From Macrostomum lignano (Eukaryota), in contig NIVC01001893.1 in the NCBI GenBank assembly GCA_002269645.1, positions 1-64,000 on the forward strand: a stretch of DNA of 64,000 nt, written 5' to 3'. Positions 1 to 14,412 of this stretch are shown piece after piece. Under the pieces are notes generated by a model. It saw only the letters and a program-made list of their open reading frames with translations. It had not been told where the DNA came from and searched no databases. Made by a program: the position numbers and the translations under genes. The stretch's first letter is position 1. Every line of letters begins with the position of its first letter.

Positions 1-3000
1 ACGACAATGCTCCTCGATTTGAGTTCAGTAGAGGCGAGGTACTTTTGTACGAGAATGCGACAGTTCGCCATGTTGTGACAGACCTTCAGGCCACCGACCC
101 AGACACTTCCTCAACAAATGTAAGTCACATTCTAGCTGACTATTGAACGAAGTTAAATCGTTTTCAATAACCAAATTCTAGCTATTATATGTTGTCTTAC
201 ACTCATTTCAGCTCACATACTCGATTGTGGCGATAACTCGGCGGAAAGTTCCGACTTCAGTCGATTGAGCCCAATGCGTCTCAGCTGATCCTTGACGCTG
301 TAGTGTAGTTGACTACGAGGCCATGTCTGCTTTGGGATACGCCTACTCTCTCACCGTATGTTGTCTGAATTGCTTTGTGTTTTTGTATGATTAGTTTAGT
401 TTTGTACGCATTATACTCACTTTTAGATCGAAGTGAGTGACGGAAGTTTCAGCTCGAACTACTCGCTCATTGTTCGCATCGGAGACGTCAATGACAATCC
501 GCCAGTGTTCAGTGCTCCGATGTACAACTTCTCTGTGGCGGAGCAGGCCGATGTGGGAACTCTGGTCGTCGAGTCGTGGCCACAGACCTGGATACTGTGG
601 ATCTGAACAAGCTGGAGTACGCAGTAGTCGACACTGGTAACTTCTCAATGAATGCTTCAACCGGAGTGATTTCGACACTGACAATATTCGACAGACTCAT
701 CACGAGTCGCTTTCGTTCAACGTTTACCTGCACGGACACTGCTGGAAACATTGTATGTCATTGATTTTGTTACTGCTGCAGCTACTACGCATACATGTAT
801 TGTATGCTTGGAAAGCGAATCAATCAATTATACTATAAGTCTTGTTCCCACGAATGCAGGTTGGACGTCTGTCAATGTCGACGTACTCGACGTGAACAAC
901 TACAGTCCGAACATGACGAACCTACCCACATCATGGAACATCACCGAGAACGCGACAGCTTGATGCAGAGCTTCGTCATCCAGGTGGTCGATAACGACTC
1001 GGGTCAGAATGCGAACGTATCGCTGAGCATCGTGTCGGTGACTCGTCGGCTCGTTCGCCATCAACGGAAGTCGGGTCGAAGTGACAAAAGTTCTGGACAG
1101 AGAGACTCCGGGTCTCACTGTGGACTCGTCCGGAAACGGTGTCATCAAGCTTGTCATGAGAGCTGCGGACAATGGAGTTCCACCTCGCAGCTCGACAGCC
1201 ACTCTTACCGTGCTGTTGCAGGACATCAACGACTCGCCTCCGAGGTTCGCCATTCCTGCTGGTCGAGTACTGCAGCAGGCGGAGAGTCTGCCAGTGAGAT
1301 CTACCATCGTCACGTTCGACATGCTCGATGCGGACTTGCCGTCATCGAATAACTTCACATTTAGCATCAGTTCGGCTTCTAATCCCAACGGTGAGCTGAA
1401 ATTAATTCTGTTGTTATGTCAAGCTTACTGAAGCGTTATGATTTTCCGCAACTAGTGTATGACTTCAGGTGAAACGTTTGTTCCGCAAAAATTTCAGAGA
1501 CTTTGCAATTGATGGAAGCAACCTCGTTCTGAACAAAGCACTGAGCAGAGTCGCAATGCCCACTCACAACCTTACGATAGTTTGCTTTGATGGAGTTTTC
1601 AGTGTTTCTGTAAGTTATCATATCCGCATAACTTTTGTATTTACTGTCTTTCGTGCATCTTTATTTTTTTTCATATATTTCAGACTTTTATCTTAGTAAC
1701 GGTCGTTGACAGCAACAACTACGGTCCAGTATTTACCAGTGCAGTTTACGTGTTCAATGTGACTGAAAATGACCTGTCGAATGCGACTGGACAGTTCATT
1801 GGAGTCGTGACGGCTGTGGACCGGGACACCGGACTGAACGGCCAAGTGACATACTCTGTAGCGTCGCCAGCAACTTGAAGACTTTGTTGGCTATTGAGAA
1901 GGTGCTTTTTGGACTATTTCCTTTTTCTATTCGTTTTACTGCCATATTCTACAAAGTATCTTATTTTGGTGGTTTCAGAACGGTACCGTGACCTTAAATG
2001 GAACAGTGGATCGAGAGACAAACGCTCAGCTTACTTTCTTTATCATGGCTGCAGACATGGGCGTTTCTCCGCGATATGTACGAGCTATGTTTTGATGTTG
2101 AATATGATGTACTTTAATATAAAATACGTGATACTAGAAGTGATTTATTGATACTTTTTATATTTTTAGGTGGCAATGAAGATAAAAGAAAAAAATATAC
2201 AATTGGTTTAGTTTTAAAAATGAACGTAATCACGTTCACTACTGATTAATATCTATAATATACCTTAAAATCACTATTTACATTTCACTGAAACGAAACG
2301 TCGTCTCACGAAACATCATAGCATTTGTTGCTACGTGTAGGAAAATATTCATTGGCTTACACATCCCCTAAGTCATTCTATTTTAAGGGACATATGCAGC
2401 CATAGGTTATAACTTTTAAATGGCCTCGTTGGATTACGATAATAAAAATATGCATCTTCAAACTCAATCTTTTTGCTTGTTTATCCAGGGTTCAGCTGAG
2501 CTGCAACTAAACATCCTTGATGTGAACGATAATGCTCCGGAATTTACTGCAGCACAGTACACTGGTTACGTTGCGGAGGGCTCGCCAAATGGCACGATAG
2601 TCAGTTTGTAAGTGCTCAATATACGCTCGTATGCTGATTTTCCGAATCGTTTCTAATAAAATCATGCTCTCAGTTTATCGAGAATGTTTTTACTAATTTC
2701 AACAGTCGCCGCCTGTGCAAATATCCGATCGCGACATTGGCAACAATGCCTACGTCGAATTTTACCTGACCGGTCTGTCAGCGAGCCAATTCCGAATCAA
2801 CCCCACCTCCGGCCAGATTGAGGTGGCGTCTGGTGCTGTGCTCGACAGAGAGACTCAGCCCGTTCTGAGCTTTGCTGTGGTTTCCAACAACACTAAAGGA
2901 CAGCCAGGTTGGCTCAGCCAGACAGTTAACATAACTATCCAGCTCAACGACATCAACGACAATGCTCCGGTGTTTTCTACATCGTATGCTTTCTCGATTC

Positions 3001-6000
3001 TTGAAAATGCTACCGTTATGTCAACCGTTGGCCGGGTTGAGGCCACGACGCGGATCTGGGCGACAATGCAACAGTCATGTACGGCATCGCTGGAGGTGCC
3101 GATGGCCGATTTGAAATCCAAGTCAGCAGCGGCGAGATCCGACTGTCCGGCAGCCTGGATCGGGAGACTAAAGATTTTTATCAACTGAACGTAACCGCAA
3201 CTGATAGAGGCTCTCCGTCGAAGCAGAACTCATTGATAGTCAATATCACCGTACTAGACGTAAACGACGTCGTCCCAAGCTTTGGCATTCCTTCGACAGA
3301 CGCTGTTACCTTTACAGTGCCCGAGGAACAGTCAGTGCCGCAGACAATCGGCCGAGTCAATGCAAGCGACGCTGACCTGGGTGAAAATAGCCGATTAACC
3401 TACCTGATTGCGAATGCGTCCGTGCCATTCAACATCACGTCCGATGGAGTTGTCCAGTCAAGCGGTCTTCTTGATCGGGAGTCCATATCCCGCTACAGAT
3501 TCGTGGTGTACGCTAGCGACGCTGGATTCCCATCACTGACAGGCTCAACAGTTGTAGCCGTTCAACTGACGGACATCAATGACTGGAGTCCAGAGTTTTC
3601 GCAGCCAATCTACCAGACATTTACGTTGGAGAAGGCACCTATTGGCACTGTACTTGCAATCGTGGCTGCTACTGACAAGGACATAGGCGCCAATGCAAAT
3701 CTTACTTATTACCTGCAAGGGAACGGGTCCGAATACTTATCAGTTGATCCATTGACTGGATTTGTAAGCATTAAACGTACAATAACCATAAACGAACTGC
3801 TTAGCAAGGGTTTGATATCACGGAATTCCTCATCTGGAAATGAAACGGTATACAGTCCTCTGGTACTACAGGTAAGTACGTTGTGAATATTTTATATGAT
3901 ACAAGTGGTCGGAAGTATAAATATTTAATTCAATACTGAATCCTATTTTTAGCTATTGGCATTCGACAATCCAGTTGATACAAGCAAAAAACTGAACGGC
4001 ACAGCTCAACTATGGATCACTTTGACGCAGGTTTCAGACAGTTTGCCGACTTTCACTGCGGCCAGTTATTCTTTCAGCGTAAACGAAAACTCGCCAGCGG
4101 GCACCCCCGTTGGCTCTGTGTCCGCGTCGGTTGTTGGAACGTCAATAGTTGTTAAGTACAAACTGGACACGACTAATTCGCTGTTCCAGATCGACGAATT
4201 AACTGTAAGTTTTGAACTCATTGTATCAGTATACCAATTTTCGGTTCTGAAATTCTACCACGAACATACCTTCCTTCCAGGGCAACATCACCGTTCAAAT
4301 GGGGGCTGCACTAGACAAAGAGAACACAAGTTTATCAAGTCAACTTTCTCTGACGGTATTAGCGTTTACCGATACCGTGCCGTCAAGGCAGAGCTATGGA
4401 GCGGTAAGTAGCTTAAGACATTAGTTAAAATACGCTCGTACCGGATTTAGGATTTTTTAAACTACATGTACTCAGTTCATTTTATCGCTCGTAATTTAAT
4501 ACATCTATTGAACCAAACTTTAAACATTTTCAGTGTACGGTAAGTATTCACTGTAGCAGTTATGGAAAGGTGTCTGCTGCTACTATATGTGCAAAACCAT
4601 GCGTCCTTTCCAAAAAAAACTTTCCAAAACCTACGCATACTATCCTCTTATAATTGTCGGTGACTTTCTTGCAAAAAAATTTCTGTTATTGACACTCTAC
4701 CAGTAGATAGGCTTAAGTACTCCACGAACTGCTTTGAAGTGGTATCTGGTCTTTCATTTATTATACCCATTTATTTTGTCAAGTCCAAAACTTTGTCCTC
4801 GATACTTTATTAGTAACAATCAAAATATAATAAATGCTCGTATCTGCATTTAAAAATACTCAAAGCTGCATCAACTAATGAAGCAAAAAGTGAAGAGATC
4901 GAGTATATTACCAGTAGATGCCTGTATTAAAGAAAACGTCTTGTTACACGGACTTTAAGCTGTACAAAAACTAAGCCAACTACCGACTTCAATTCAAACA
5001 TTTAAAGGTGCGCATCACTCTGACTGACGTCAACGACAATCAGCCGGTGTTTTCTCAGGCCAGTGGTTACTCTTTCGTTGTCGCGGAAGAGCTCACGGAG
5101 CCTGTGAGGATCGGCGCGGTCTCTGCCACCGATGCAGACTCTGGAAACAACGCGTTAATTAGCTACAGCATCGTTGGTGGCAATACAGCCGGCGTCTTTG
5201 CTCTCAACAGCACTACTGGCGAACTGACAGCCGTGTCTAGAATCGACAGAGAAGCCGTCGCCGTCTACTTGCTTCAGATTGCCGCAATCGACAATGGGAG
5301 CCCGACAAGACTCAGCTCAACAGTCTCGGCCACAGTATCCTTGACTGATGTGAACGACAACGCGCCGGTGCTGTCTATCGGCAGTGCACTAGACTTGAAC
5401 GTGACCGAGGGCTACGGTCCTGGCTACTTAGCTGCAGTTGTGACCGCCACCGATGCGGACCTCGGACTGAATGGCAGCGTCAACTTTGACCTCATTCAAA
5501 CTGACGTGCCACCAATGTTTTACATCACGTCAAATGGTGAGGCTAAAATTGTTGTTTTAAAATTTATTAGAACAAATGGATTTGCCATTTACAAAGCTTT
5601 TATGAAACGTATGGCGTTTTTCAGGAACCGGCTCTGTGCTGTTAAAAACACTGGGTACCCTGAACTATGCCTTGAGGACATCCTACCAGCTGACTATCAT
5701 AGCTTACGACCTCGGCAATCCAGTTCAGTCCTCCAATGCTACAATCGAAGTTTCAGTCATCAAGTTCGACACTAACCGGCCCCGATTTACCAGCGAATTT
5801 TTCAACACAAGCATCGCAGACAATCTGCCTCCGAATACGCCAATCTTCGATTTGCCAGCCGGCCCTCGGCCGTTCAACTACACAATTATAGATGGAGACT
5901 CAAACGGCGCATTTTCCATCACGAATCAAGGGAGAATATCAATCACAAAAGTGTTAGCTCCGCCGTTGCCTCGGGTCTACACGCTCAAAATTTCGGCCAC

Positions 6001-9000
6001 GGACGAGCTGAACAACACAGCCAGTACCATCCTACAGGTGTGGCTAACGTCACCAACCACGGCGGTGTTCAATACGACTGACGTCACTTTGTCCTGGAAC
6101 GAGGATCACGGCTCTGGACGCGAGCTGGTGTACGACTTCGCCACAGTGGACGAACTGCTTGGCAGAACGGTTCAATACGTTATTCAAACGTGCTCACCTA
6201 TCGGCTGCGAATCCTTGTTTTCCATTGACCCAGCAACTGGTCAGTTCTACGTGATGAGCAGCCTCGACCGGGAGACCGTGAGCAAATATTCCTTTGTGAT
6301 ACGCGCCAATCTGCCAGGAAGTAGCGGAGGTTCATCAGGCAGGCGCCGAAGGCAGGCCATCGCTCCACCAACGACCGACACGTCATCAGTGACGTTGACA
6401 GTAACGGATGTAAACGACAATCCTCCAGTTTTTAACGTTCCTAGCCCTTTCAGAGTTGGAATTCTCATCAACTCACCTGTAGATACGCTGGTTTACACAC
6501 CAAGTGTAAGTGAATAACCAAGAAGTTGTCATTTTTGCGTACGAGATCCTAGATCCCAGATCCTAGATCCCAGATCCCAGATCCTAGATCCCAGATCCTA
6601 GATCCCAGATCCTAGATCCCAGATCCTAGATCCCAGATCCTAGATCCCAGATCCTAGATCCCAGATCCTAGATCCCAGATCCTAGATCCCAGATCCTAGA
6701 TCCCAGATCCTAGATCCCAGATCCTAGATCCCAGATCCTAGATCCCAGATCCTAGATCCCAGATCCTAGATCCCAGATCCTAGATCCCAGATCCTAGATC
6801 CCAGATCCTAGATCCCAGATCCTAGATCCCAGATCCTAGATCCCAGATCCTAGATCCCAGATCCTAGATCCCAGATCCTAGATCCCAGATCCTAGATCCC
6901 AGATCCTAGATCCCAGATCCTAGATCCCAGATCCTAGATCCCAGATCCTAGATCCCAGATCCTAGATCCCAGATCCTAGATCCCAGATCCTAGATCCCAG
7001 ATCCTAGATCCCAGATCCTAGATCCCAGATCCTAGATCCCAGATCCTAGATCCCAGATCCTAGATCCCAGATCCTAGATCCCAGATCCTAGATCCCAGAT
7101 CCTAGATCCCAGATCCTAGATCCCAGATCCTAGATCCCAGATCCTAGATCCCAGATCCTAGATCCCAGATCCTAGATCCCAGATCCTAGATCCCAGATCC
7201 TAGATCCCAGATCCTAGATCCCAGATCCTAGATCCCAGATCCTAGATCCCAGATCCTAGATCCCAGATCCTAGATCCCAGATCCTAGATCCCAGATCCTA
7301 GATCCCAGATCCTAGATCCCAGATCCTAGATCCCAGATCCTAGATCCCAGATCCTAGATCCCAGATCCTAGATCCCAGATCCTAGATCCCAGATCCTAGA
7401 TCCCAGATCCTAGATCCCAGATCCTAGATCCCAGATCCTAGATCCCAGATCCTAGATCCCAGATCCTAGATCCCAGATCCTAGATCCCAGATCCTAGATC
7501 CCAGATCCTAGATCCCAGATCCTAGATCCCAGATCCTAGATCCCAGATCCTAGATCCCAGATCCTAGATCCCAGATCCTAGATCCCACAGAAGCATACAA
7601 TTATTTCATCCGTCTGCCTACAGGCAACCGACAGAGACTCGACTTCGGTGCTGACCTACTCACTGTCAAATTTGACTGACCAGTTCTACATCAATCTGAA
7701 CAGCGCAGAGCTTCGCACCCGAGCCACATTCTCGTCCTCGGCCAGCACCCCAATTGTGGGCGTCGAGGTGACGGACGGAAAGTTCAACGCGTCGATGGTG
7801 ATTGTTGTGACCCTGCTGACTAGCACGAACAGCCTGGTTTTGACTGCCGGTATAACGCCGGACGTTTTCAACCGGTACGAATCACTGATCAAGACCAATT
7901 TGTCGGCACTATTGGGTGTCGATTTCCGTGTTGCCAAGGTAACATCAGCCGTGTCAGACAGCGGCGACTCGGCCAAAGTTGATCCGACAAAAACCGACGC
8001 CTACATTTACGCCTACAACCCGACAACTGGCACCCTGATCGAGCAGGCCGAACTTCGACGAATTATCGAAGCGAAACGCGCAGAAATCGCCGCATTTTTT
8101 GCACTGTTTGGCGCCAAAAGCTACGACGGAGTGCGCACTCCCGTACTGACCAGCGGTGGCGGCGTCACCAGCACTTCGACGGGACTGACGGCGGCGGAGA
8201 TTGCGCTGATTGTGCTGGCCTGTCTGATCGTCGTCGCTGCCATCATTGCCATCATTGTGCTGCTGTGCTGGCTGTCTAAAAGGATCAAGCGTCGCTGGCG
8301 TCAACTGGAAGCGGACGAAGCTGCGTCGGCAGCGGCAGCTGGCGGTGGCAGTCGGCTGTACGGCTCGCTGGCTCCGGAAGTGCTGCAGCTGCAGCGGAAA
8401 AAGCAGACGGCTACGGACGGCGGCCGAGTCAACGGCGGAGCAACCACGGGCGAGTTGGAGATCGCAGCGGAGGCGGCTCCGGCGCCATTGGCGGCGATGG
8501 AACTGGTGTCCAATCCGACCTACCAGAGGAATCCGAGCAGGCGGTACCCGCCCAGCCAGTTCGGCTCAGCCTCGGCTGTAGCAGCCGCTGCCGCCGCGGC
8601 CAATGGTGCCGAAAATTTCAACGACGATTCGCCGAGGCGTAGTACAGCGTAAGTGTTTGGGAGTGCTTTGTTGTTTTTGTTTTGGCTTGGGAAAATTTAA
8701 AAAGTACTGTACGAACTTGTACCTATCACATGTTTATCTACAAAATTCTCATGATTTATCTTTGCATCTTCAGTCGCCAATTATAAACTGTGCACTGTTT
8801 AGCCACGGGCTTTTCGAAAGTACCCTCAGGTGTTCCGAGAGTTTACATTAATTTAATGGCCTTTCAACCGTTTTTTGGTTCAACTCCTTTAAAAAGAGAC
8901 GAGTATAAAAATTATAAACGAATTGGAAAATCGATGAATTTCAATTTTTCAGGACTCACTTTCACTTCACGGAATTCTACTTCGATGATAAGTAAATACA

Positions 9001-12000
9001 ATTCATTTGCGTTCTTTTAGTGTCTTCTTTTCTGTGTTGATATGTAAGCTATATCTTTGATATTGAGTTATGCAAACCTATAAACGTTTTATTAGACGTT
9101 GACTATATACATTTTGTAGAATGCTTGCCTACTGCTTTTGCTTTCTACTGTTACATAAAAGTTAAGTAGTATGCCATAGCACATTACGACTTGATAAACT
9201 TGAAGTCCAGTTTGTCAGGTTCTGGATTGAAGTACGCAGTTCTTGTGATAATTAGTTTTTAAACCTGCACCACTAAGCCTATATTTACTGCATATAATAG
9301 TTTAGTTGTCGATGTGTTTTATCGATACCAAAGCACTCCCTGAACTCGTACCGAACGCGTCTTATTACTCGTAGTAGTCAATACAAATCAGTAGCTATTA
9401 GCGCAAATTAAGCTACACTGAAATAACGCACGAAAAAAAATCCAAAAAGGTTTTCGGACAACGTGTCGGGCACTAGCCTGTCCAGGATTATGTTTGTACC
9501 TGCGGCGTACAACTCGCTCAGCGTTAGCATTGGCCTAAATGCTGAAGAGGCCACAACGTAAGGCGCTGGTCAATAGCTAGTTTTAACAAATCCTAACAAT
9601 TTTTTATGCAACTGTCCTAACACTACAGGTAACAAATATCTGTATTTGCAAGCTAAAGATTTTATATCTAAAAATTGAGGCTAAATAATCTAGTAGCAGC
9701 GCACGTTTTCAAATTATCATATTCGACACTCAAGAAGCGACGAGGCTACAAACGAGCTGTTTTTGATCGACCCGTCCGAAGGAATCGATATTGGATTCAT
9801 GTAAACTTTTTTTCACAGATAACTTCAGTCAGGTTTCTCTATTGGAATTTTGGGTGTAGAAAATCACTCATTGTTTAGGGTCATCAAATACCAAGATTTT
9901 AACCATTGCATGCTTTCTTAATCATCAATTTTAACGTTGAAAATAACGTTTCTTCAGTTGGCCTCAAATGAACCTTCTAAACTATTTCTCTAACTTGTTG
10001 TTTCTCCAGTTTCGCAACCTTTTGCATGCTTGTTGTACATTTTAACTCCAGTTTCTCAACGCGCATTTCAACTGCTGTCCTAAATTTGTATAACACTGTT
10101 ATCAGTTGATCGTCTGCATGATAGCAGGTGGAGGCTATAAGCAACCAATCAGAATCAACCTGCGATAGAGACTTCTAGACTAGAGAAACCACCAGTAGGG
10201 TAGGATTCTCTGCGACCAATTAAAATTTAACTGCGGTAGAGAAGTTATAGACAGGCCAATGGGGTGAATCGCTCAGCAGCCAATCAGAATCGATTTGGGA
10301 TAGAGAGGTTTATGGTGGGATCTCTCGGTAGCCAATCAGTGTCAGCTTTGGGTAGATAGGTAAAGAATAGTAATAAATAGTAATAGTAAAACACAGCTGT
10401 TTACTTTAAAGCATTTTACTAACTATTCCTAACCTATTTAAAAACGAAACTCTCCAGAGACGAGGATGGCAACCCGATCATCGTGGTTAACAATGCTGAC
10501 AGCACTGACCACGAGGACGCTTGGCTAGCCGCAGCCACAAACCGGCCGGGATCGGGTCCAGCGAGTGATGATCCTCCGGCTGACGAAGTGTAAGTGTACT
10601 TTTAAACATAATCATCATCAATGTATGAATTCATTCTTATGCATGTTACATATTGCATATGGTGTTAGGATTTTGGTATTTACTCTGTAATGTATTGCAA
10701 TAGGCTTCCTATGGTTTGTAGAGATGCAATACATAAACTTGTGACTAACACTTTAAGTGGTTGTTTGGTATGCAGCTTGAATAGGTAAAAGATTACTCGA
10801 AGGTTCCTCATATAAATAATAAATAAAATGGTAACTGCTTTGAAGTGTTGAATGTTTAGGTGTGTGTATGAGTGAACCACTTTTTTATTTCACTGAAGGC
10901 TTCCTATAAATAGATTTTCAATTATTTTATTTGGTGTTTATTGCTCAAAAAAAAACTTTACATGTGCATGAAACTGATTCACCACTGATTTAAGCTCTAA
11001 AGGCTCATTCACACTGCCATAAAATCACGCGACTGACGTACAAGGAATGAAGGTTGATGTACAAGTCATGTGATCACACGAAATTTGGTCTTCTTTGATG
11101 GCGGTGTGAACGAGCCGAGCCTATTTTCCTTTAAATTACTGTGTTGTCGATGCTTGTTTATTAAACTCAAACAACTGATTTCACTCAAAAATAGTTATAT
11201 GAAACAAAATATCACGCAGGGAAGAGCAAAGCAGTCCCACTGAGTCTGTGGAACCATTAGTCAATCAGCAATAATAGTGGAAGGTAACGCCATAGTTTAA
11301 CGCTAACTAACTGGATTTTTCGATTTATAAAGCTAACAACAACTATAACAGATTTAACGTTAAATATTTGTAGCTTCGCTTAGTTCTAACCAAAAAAATT
11401 GGATTGTCGGCTTGGGTCCATGGCTTTCCCTACAGAAAAACAGCAACTCCATGCACCTCTCGTGAGGATTTTAGGAGCTTTACAAGATCTCAGTTGCATC
11501 AGAATAGAATAAGCGGGTGGCCACACAAGGCCAGGGTGTTTAAAGTGCTCGAAATTTTGGAATCTAGACGTTAAAGTCTCTAAAAAACTGAGCAAGGATG
11601 TAATTTTTACCGGTGTTGAAATTGATGTGAAGAGGTCGACTTGCAGGAAAATATATACTTTTTTAATTTAACGATGTTCACCTGCTCACAGTATTCACTA
11701 ATTAAAACGTAGCATTTAGTCAAATAACTCACTCGCGTGCCTGCTCGTGCTGCTCGTAACCTCCCTTGACGATGATAGCTCGGTGCTCCGAGGCGGTGTC
11801 AGGCTGCCGCCAATCCGACCGCACGATGGTGGTTCCAACCACCGCCGCCGTCATAACCTGCCACCATCCGCAGTCCCAGACCAGTTGTCGTCTGGCAGCG
11901 GGGCTCCAACAACCTGGGAGATGTCAGGTTTGCACCTTCGACACAAACGACAACTTAGATCTTCAGACTGTCAGATACAGTCAAAAATTTTTTTAAAGCG

Positions 12001-12471
12001 AAAGGCCAATTTCACCGCCTAGAAATCTAGAATCTGCCATCTACCATAGCATTGCATACTATTAAGTTTTCTTTCTCACTTTCGATAACTGCTTGAGCAC
12101 CCCTGTTTTTTTAATTATTTAATCACACGCTGTATCTATTGCATCATTATGATATCGCTACTTTACCAAGCACTTTTAAGCACATTTTTCATTCTACTGT
12201 TGCTACACTAGAAGCGAAACTAACCGCTATTTAGAGTAGTTTGTTTTTTGTTACCTTTCGACTGGATCCATAATGCAGCGCTTTACAACTTGATACCTAA
12301 AATGATAAACGCAAAACTACGAGTAATTGATTTTTCAGATATCCTCAAAAAATTATTATCTTCACCGATAAAACCACAATCCCGCAGAGATCCATATCTG
12401 AGGCAGGTCTCGGAATCCGACACTGACGCATTTGGGCAAGATACACTGCGGAGACTACAACTACAACAACT

Positions 12472-12504
<33 letters not shown>

Positions 12505-12691
12505 ACAACAACAACAAGATTTGCAGCAAACTGACGATGCCGGTTTAACAACTAGTATTGACGCTATCGCACCTGTTGATCAGCACTCGTTAGTAGAACC
12601 TTCGTCCCTAATTGATTTAGATGCTAGCAATGGGGGTGGGTATCAGCTGGTTGACCTCTACGCTGCCGATGCGTTTAATACGGCACTTTGA
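1..12691 (+). CDS. Large multi-exon cadherin, 5'-partial; CDH23/PCDH15/Cad87A/Cad99C-like architecture
   Basis: Repeated cadherin motifs (DxNDNxPxF, LDRE, AxDxD) in ORFs 2715-3886, 5008-5775 and 5636-6517. Inferred exons include 2489-2608, 2706-3871, 3953-4205, 5008-5537, 5624-6505, 7624-8648 (membrane-adjacent domain plus TM IALIVLACLIVVAAIIAIIVLLCWL), 10458-10589, 11779-11927 and 12339-12691, ending FNTAL*. Phases of the 3' exons are mutually consistent. Several 1-nt deletions in 5' exons (e.g. ~3047). The subfamily call is inference. Confidence 0.9.
6544..7586. repeat. Near-perfect 14-bp tandem repeat (AGATCCT-AGATCCC)n filling a cadherin intron
   Basis: About 74 units with one irregularity near 6572. 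The intron runs 6506 (GTAAGT) to 7623 (CAG). Confidence 0.97.
10120..10360. repeat. Degenerate intronic repeat with five CCAAT motifs
   Basis: CCAAT(CAGA) at about 10145, 10216, 10256, 10281 and 10333, with recurring GATAGAGA-like segments. Confidence 0.45.
11002..11116. mobile_element. Small MITE, Harbinger-like TIR
   Basis: GGCTCATTCACACTGCCAT (11002-11020) versus ATGGCGGTGTGAACGAGCC (11098-11116): 17/19 inverted match. No clear TSD. Confidence 0.5.
12458..12517 (+). repeat. (CAA)n poly-Gln tract in the last cadherin exon
   Basis: Encodes LQLQQLQQQQQQRQQQQQQQQ in ORF 12248-12691. Confidence 0.85.
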
Positions 12692-14014
12692 TGCGCGTAA
12701 AGCCAACTGGCTGATTGATTGGTTCGCTGCTGATGAAACCTTAGGACAAAAAATCTAATTACACCTGCCGATTGGTCTCTTCCGATTCTATAGAAATTTT
12801 GTTAAAATGCTTCTCTAATTATAATGAAAGCGTCAGATTAAAAGAGGTCGCAGATTCCATGAAAATCACAGCGAACGAATCTTTTGAATTGATGAACAAA
12901 AATTGCGATGCATGCGAAGACTCATTTTTCTGCCTTTTGTATCCATCGTTTTCCACTGGTCAAGCTAATGTGAATAAATTAAATATTAAAGACTGTATTT
13001 GATTTGTTATAGTATGCATGTAACTGGTCGTATTTTATTTATCATGTTAATGAAAGATTTCTTGCTAATGCATGTCTCAAATCAGAACTTGTAATTCGTA
13101 TATTACTATAAGTTCATACTGCTGTTGATCAGCAAAATAATTACAGATCAAAAAGAAGCTATTTTTTTATAAATTCTTCATCAGAAAAAAACTGTGCCTG
13201 TTTCCGTTTAAATTTACATGCGTACTTTTAGAATGACATGCTCGTAATTCGAATGTAATATGATTTCGTGGTACGTGATCCGTACTGCACACGTTATTTA
13301 GTATTATTTATATGCTATATGCATACGCAAAATTACATTTTTACCCGAAAATGCGGGTCTGTTACCAGTGCCTCACTTGATTGCTTGCGTTATTGCTGTC
13401 AAGCTAAAATATAAAAATATTTCTGTATGCCCACGATAATTGCTCACTGCACCATTAACTGATTTAAAAAATAATTCAACAACCAGCTCACGTAATTTAT
13501 GTTTATCCCTCTCTAAAAGAAATTTCTCTGCTTTTTTAATCTACACTATTTACCAAAATATTTCTCAGATTACTCACATCTGTCTTGCTTTTTTTTCTAA
13601 TCGGAATTATTTTATTTTGTTAATAAACTTTCCCAAATCCGGTCTCCGACCCCCCAAATAAAGATATTTTTTAGCCAGAATCTGCCTTCTCGGAGGCACA
13701 TGTACGGTCTTTTTGCGTCAAAATACGTCTATGCAATCAGATATTCATTCAATTTAAGTTCATAAATTTAATTCAATATGCATACCATCTCATCTGTGAA
13801 GAGAATACTAGTTTGGCCACAGAAGTTTCAGCCTATTTCATTTAGTCTGTTTAGTCTTCAAATTTTTCATTTGAACCAAATTTATCTAGCAAACTTCTAC
13901 TCAGACCTACCCTAGATATGGAAGCCGTATGTCATACTCACTACTCAGTCAAATATTCAAATATGCCACTCAGATCAATTATGTATTTCATTACGAGCGT
14001 AGATTGGCTTCTGG

Positions 14015-14412
14015 CGTATTAAACATTCGCCGACACTTATTCAGACACTTCTACAGACACTTTAGTTTCTGTCGTACGAATCGTAGGAACAAGCATTAAA
14101 ATTGTTTATTCCTTACAAACTACCAGTAAACTACTTTATTTTAAGCTTTTTTTGCTTTATTTTATTAAATATGAATTAGGAAGTGTCCTGGACAAATTTA
14201 ACATTCTTCTTCACGTGAAGAGAATCTATGCAGAATAACAAATTTCATGATTCATATTTAATAAAATAAAGCAAAAAAAAGCTTAAAATAAAGTAGTTTA
14301 CTGGTAGTTTGTAAGGAATAAACAATTTTAATGCTTGTTCCTACGATTCGTACGACAGAAACTAAAGTGTCTGTAGAAGTGTCTGAATAAGTGTCGGCGA
14401 ATGTTTAATACG
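14015..14412. mobile_element. Foldback MITE with ~162-bp TIRs and 11-bp TSD (MULE/Foldback-like)
   Basis: Arms 14015-14176 and 14250-14412 are reverse complements apart from one A/T in a homopolymer. Direct repeat TTGGCTTCTGG at 14004-14014 and 14413-14423. Confidence 0.92.

Noticed and set aside
6544-7586. Regular array as a CRISPR or prokaryotic iteron
   Set aside because: No unique spacers and no cas genes; it lies in a eukaryotic intron.
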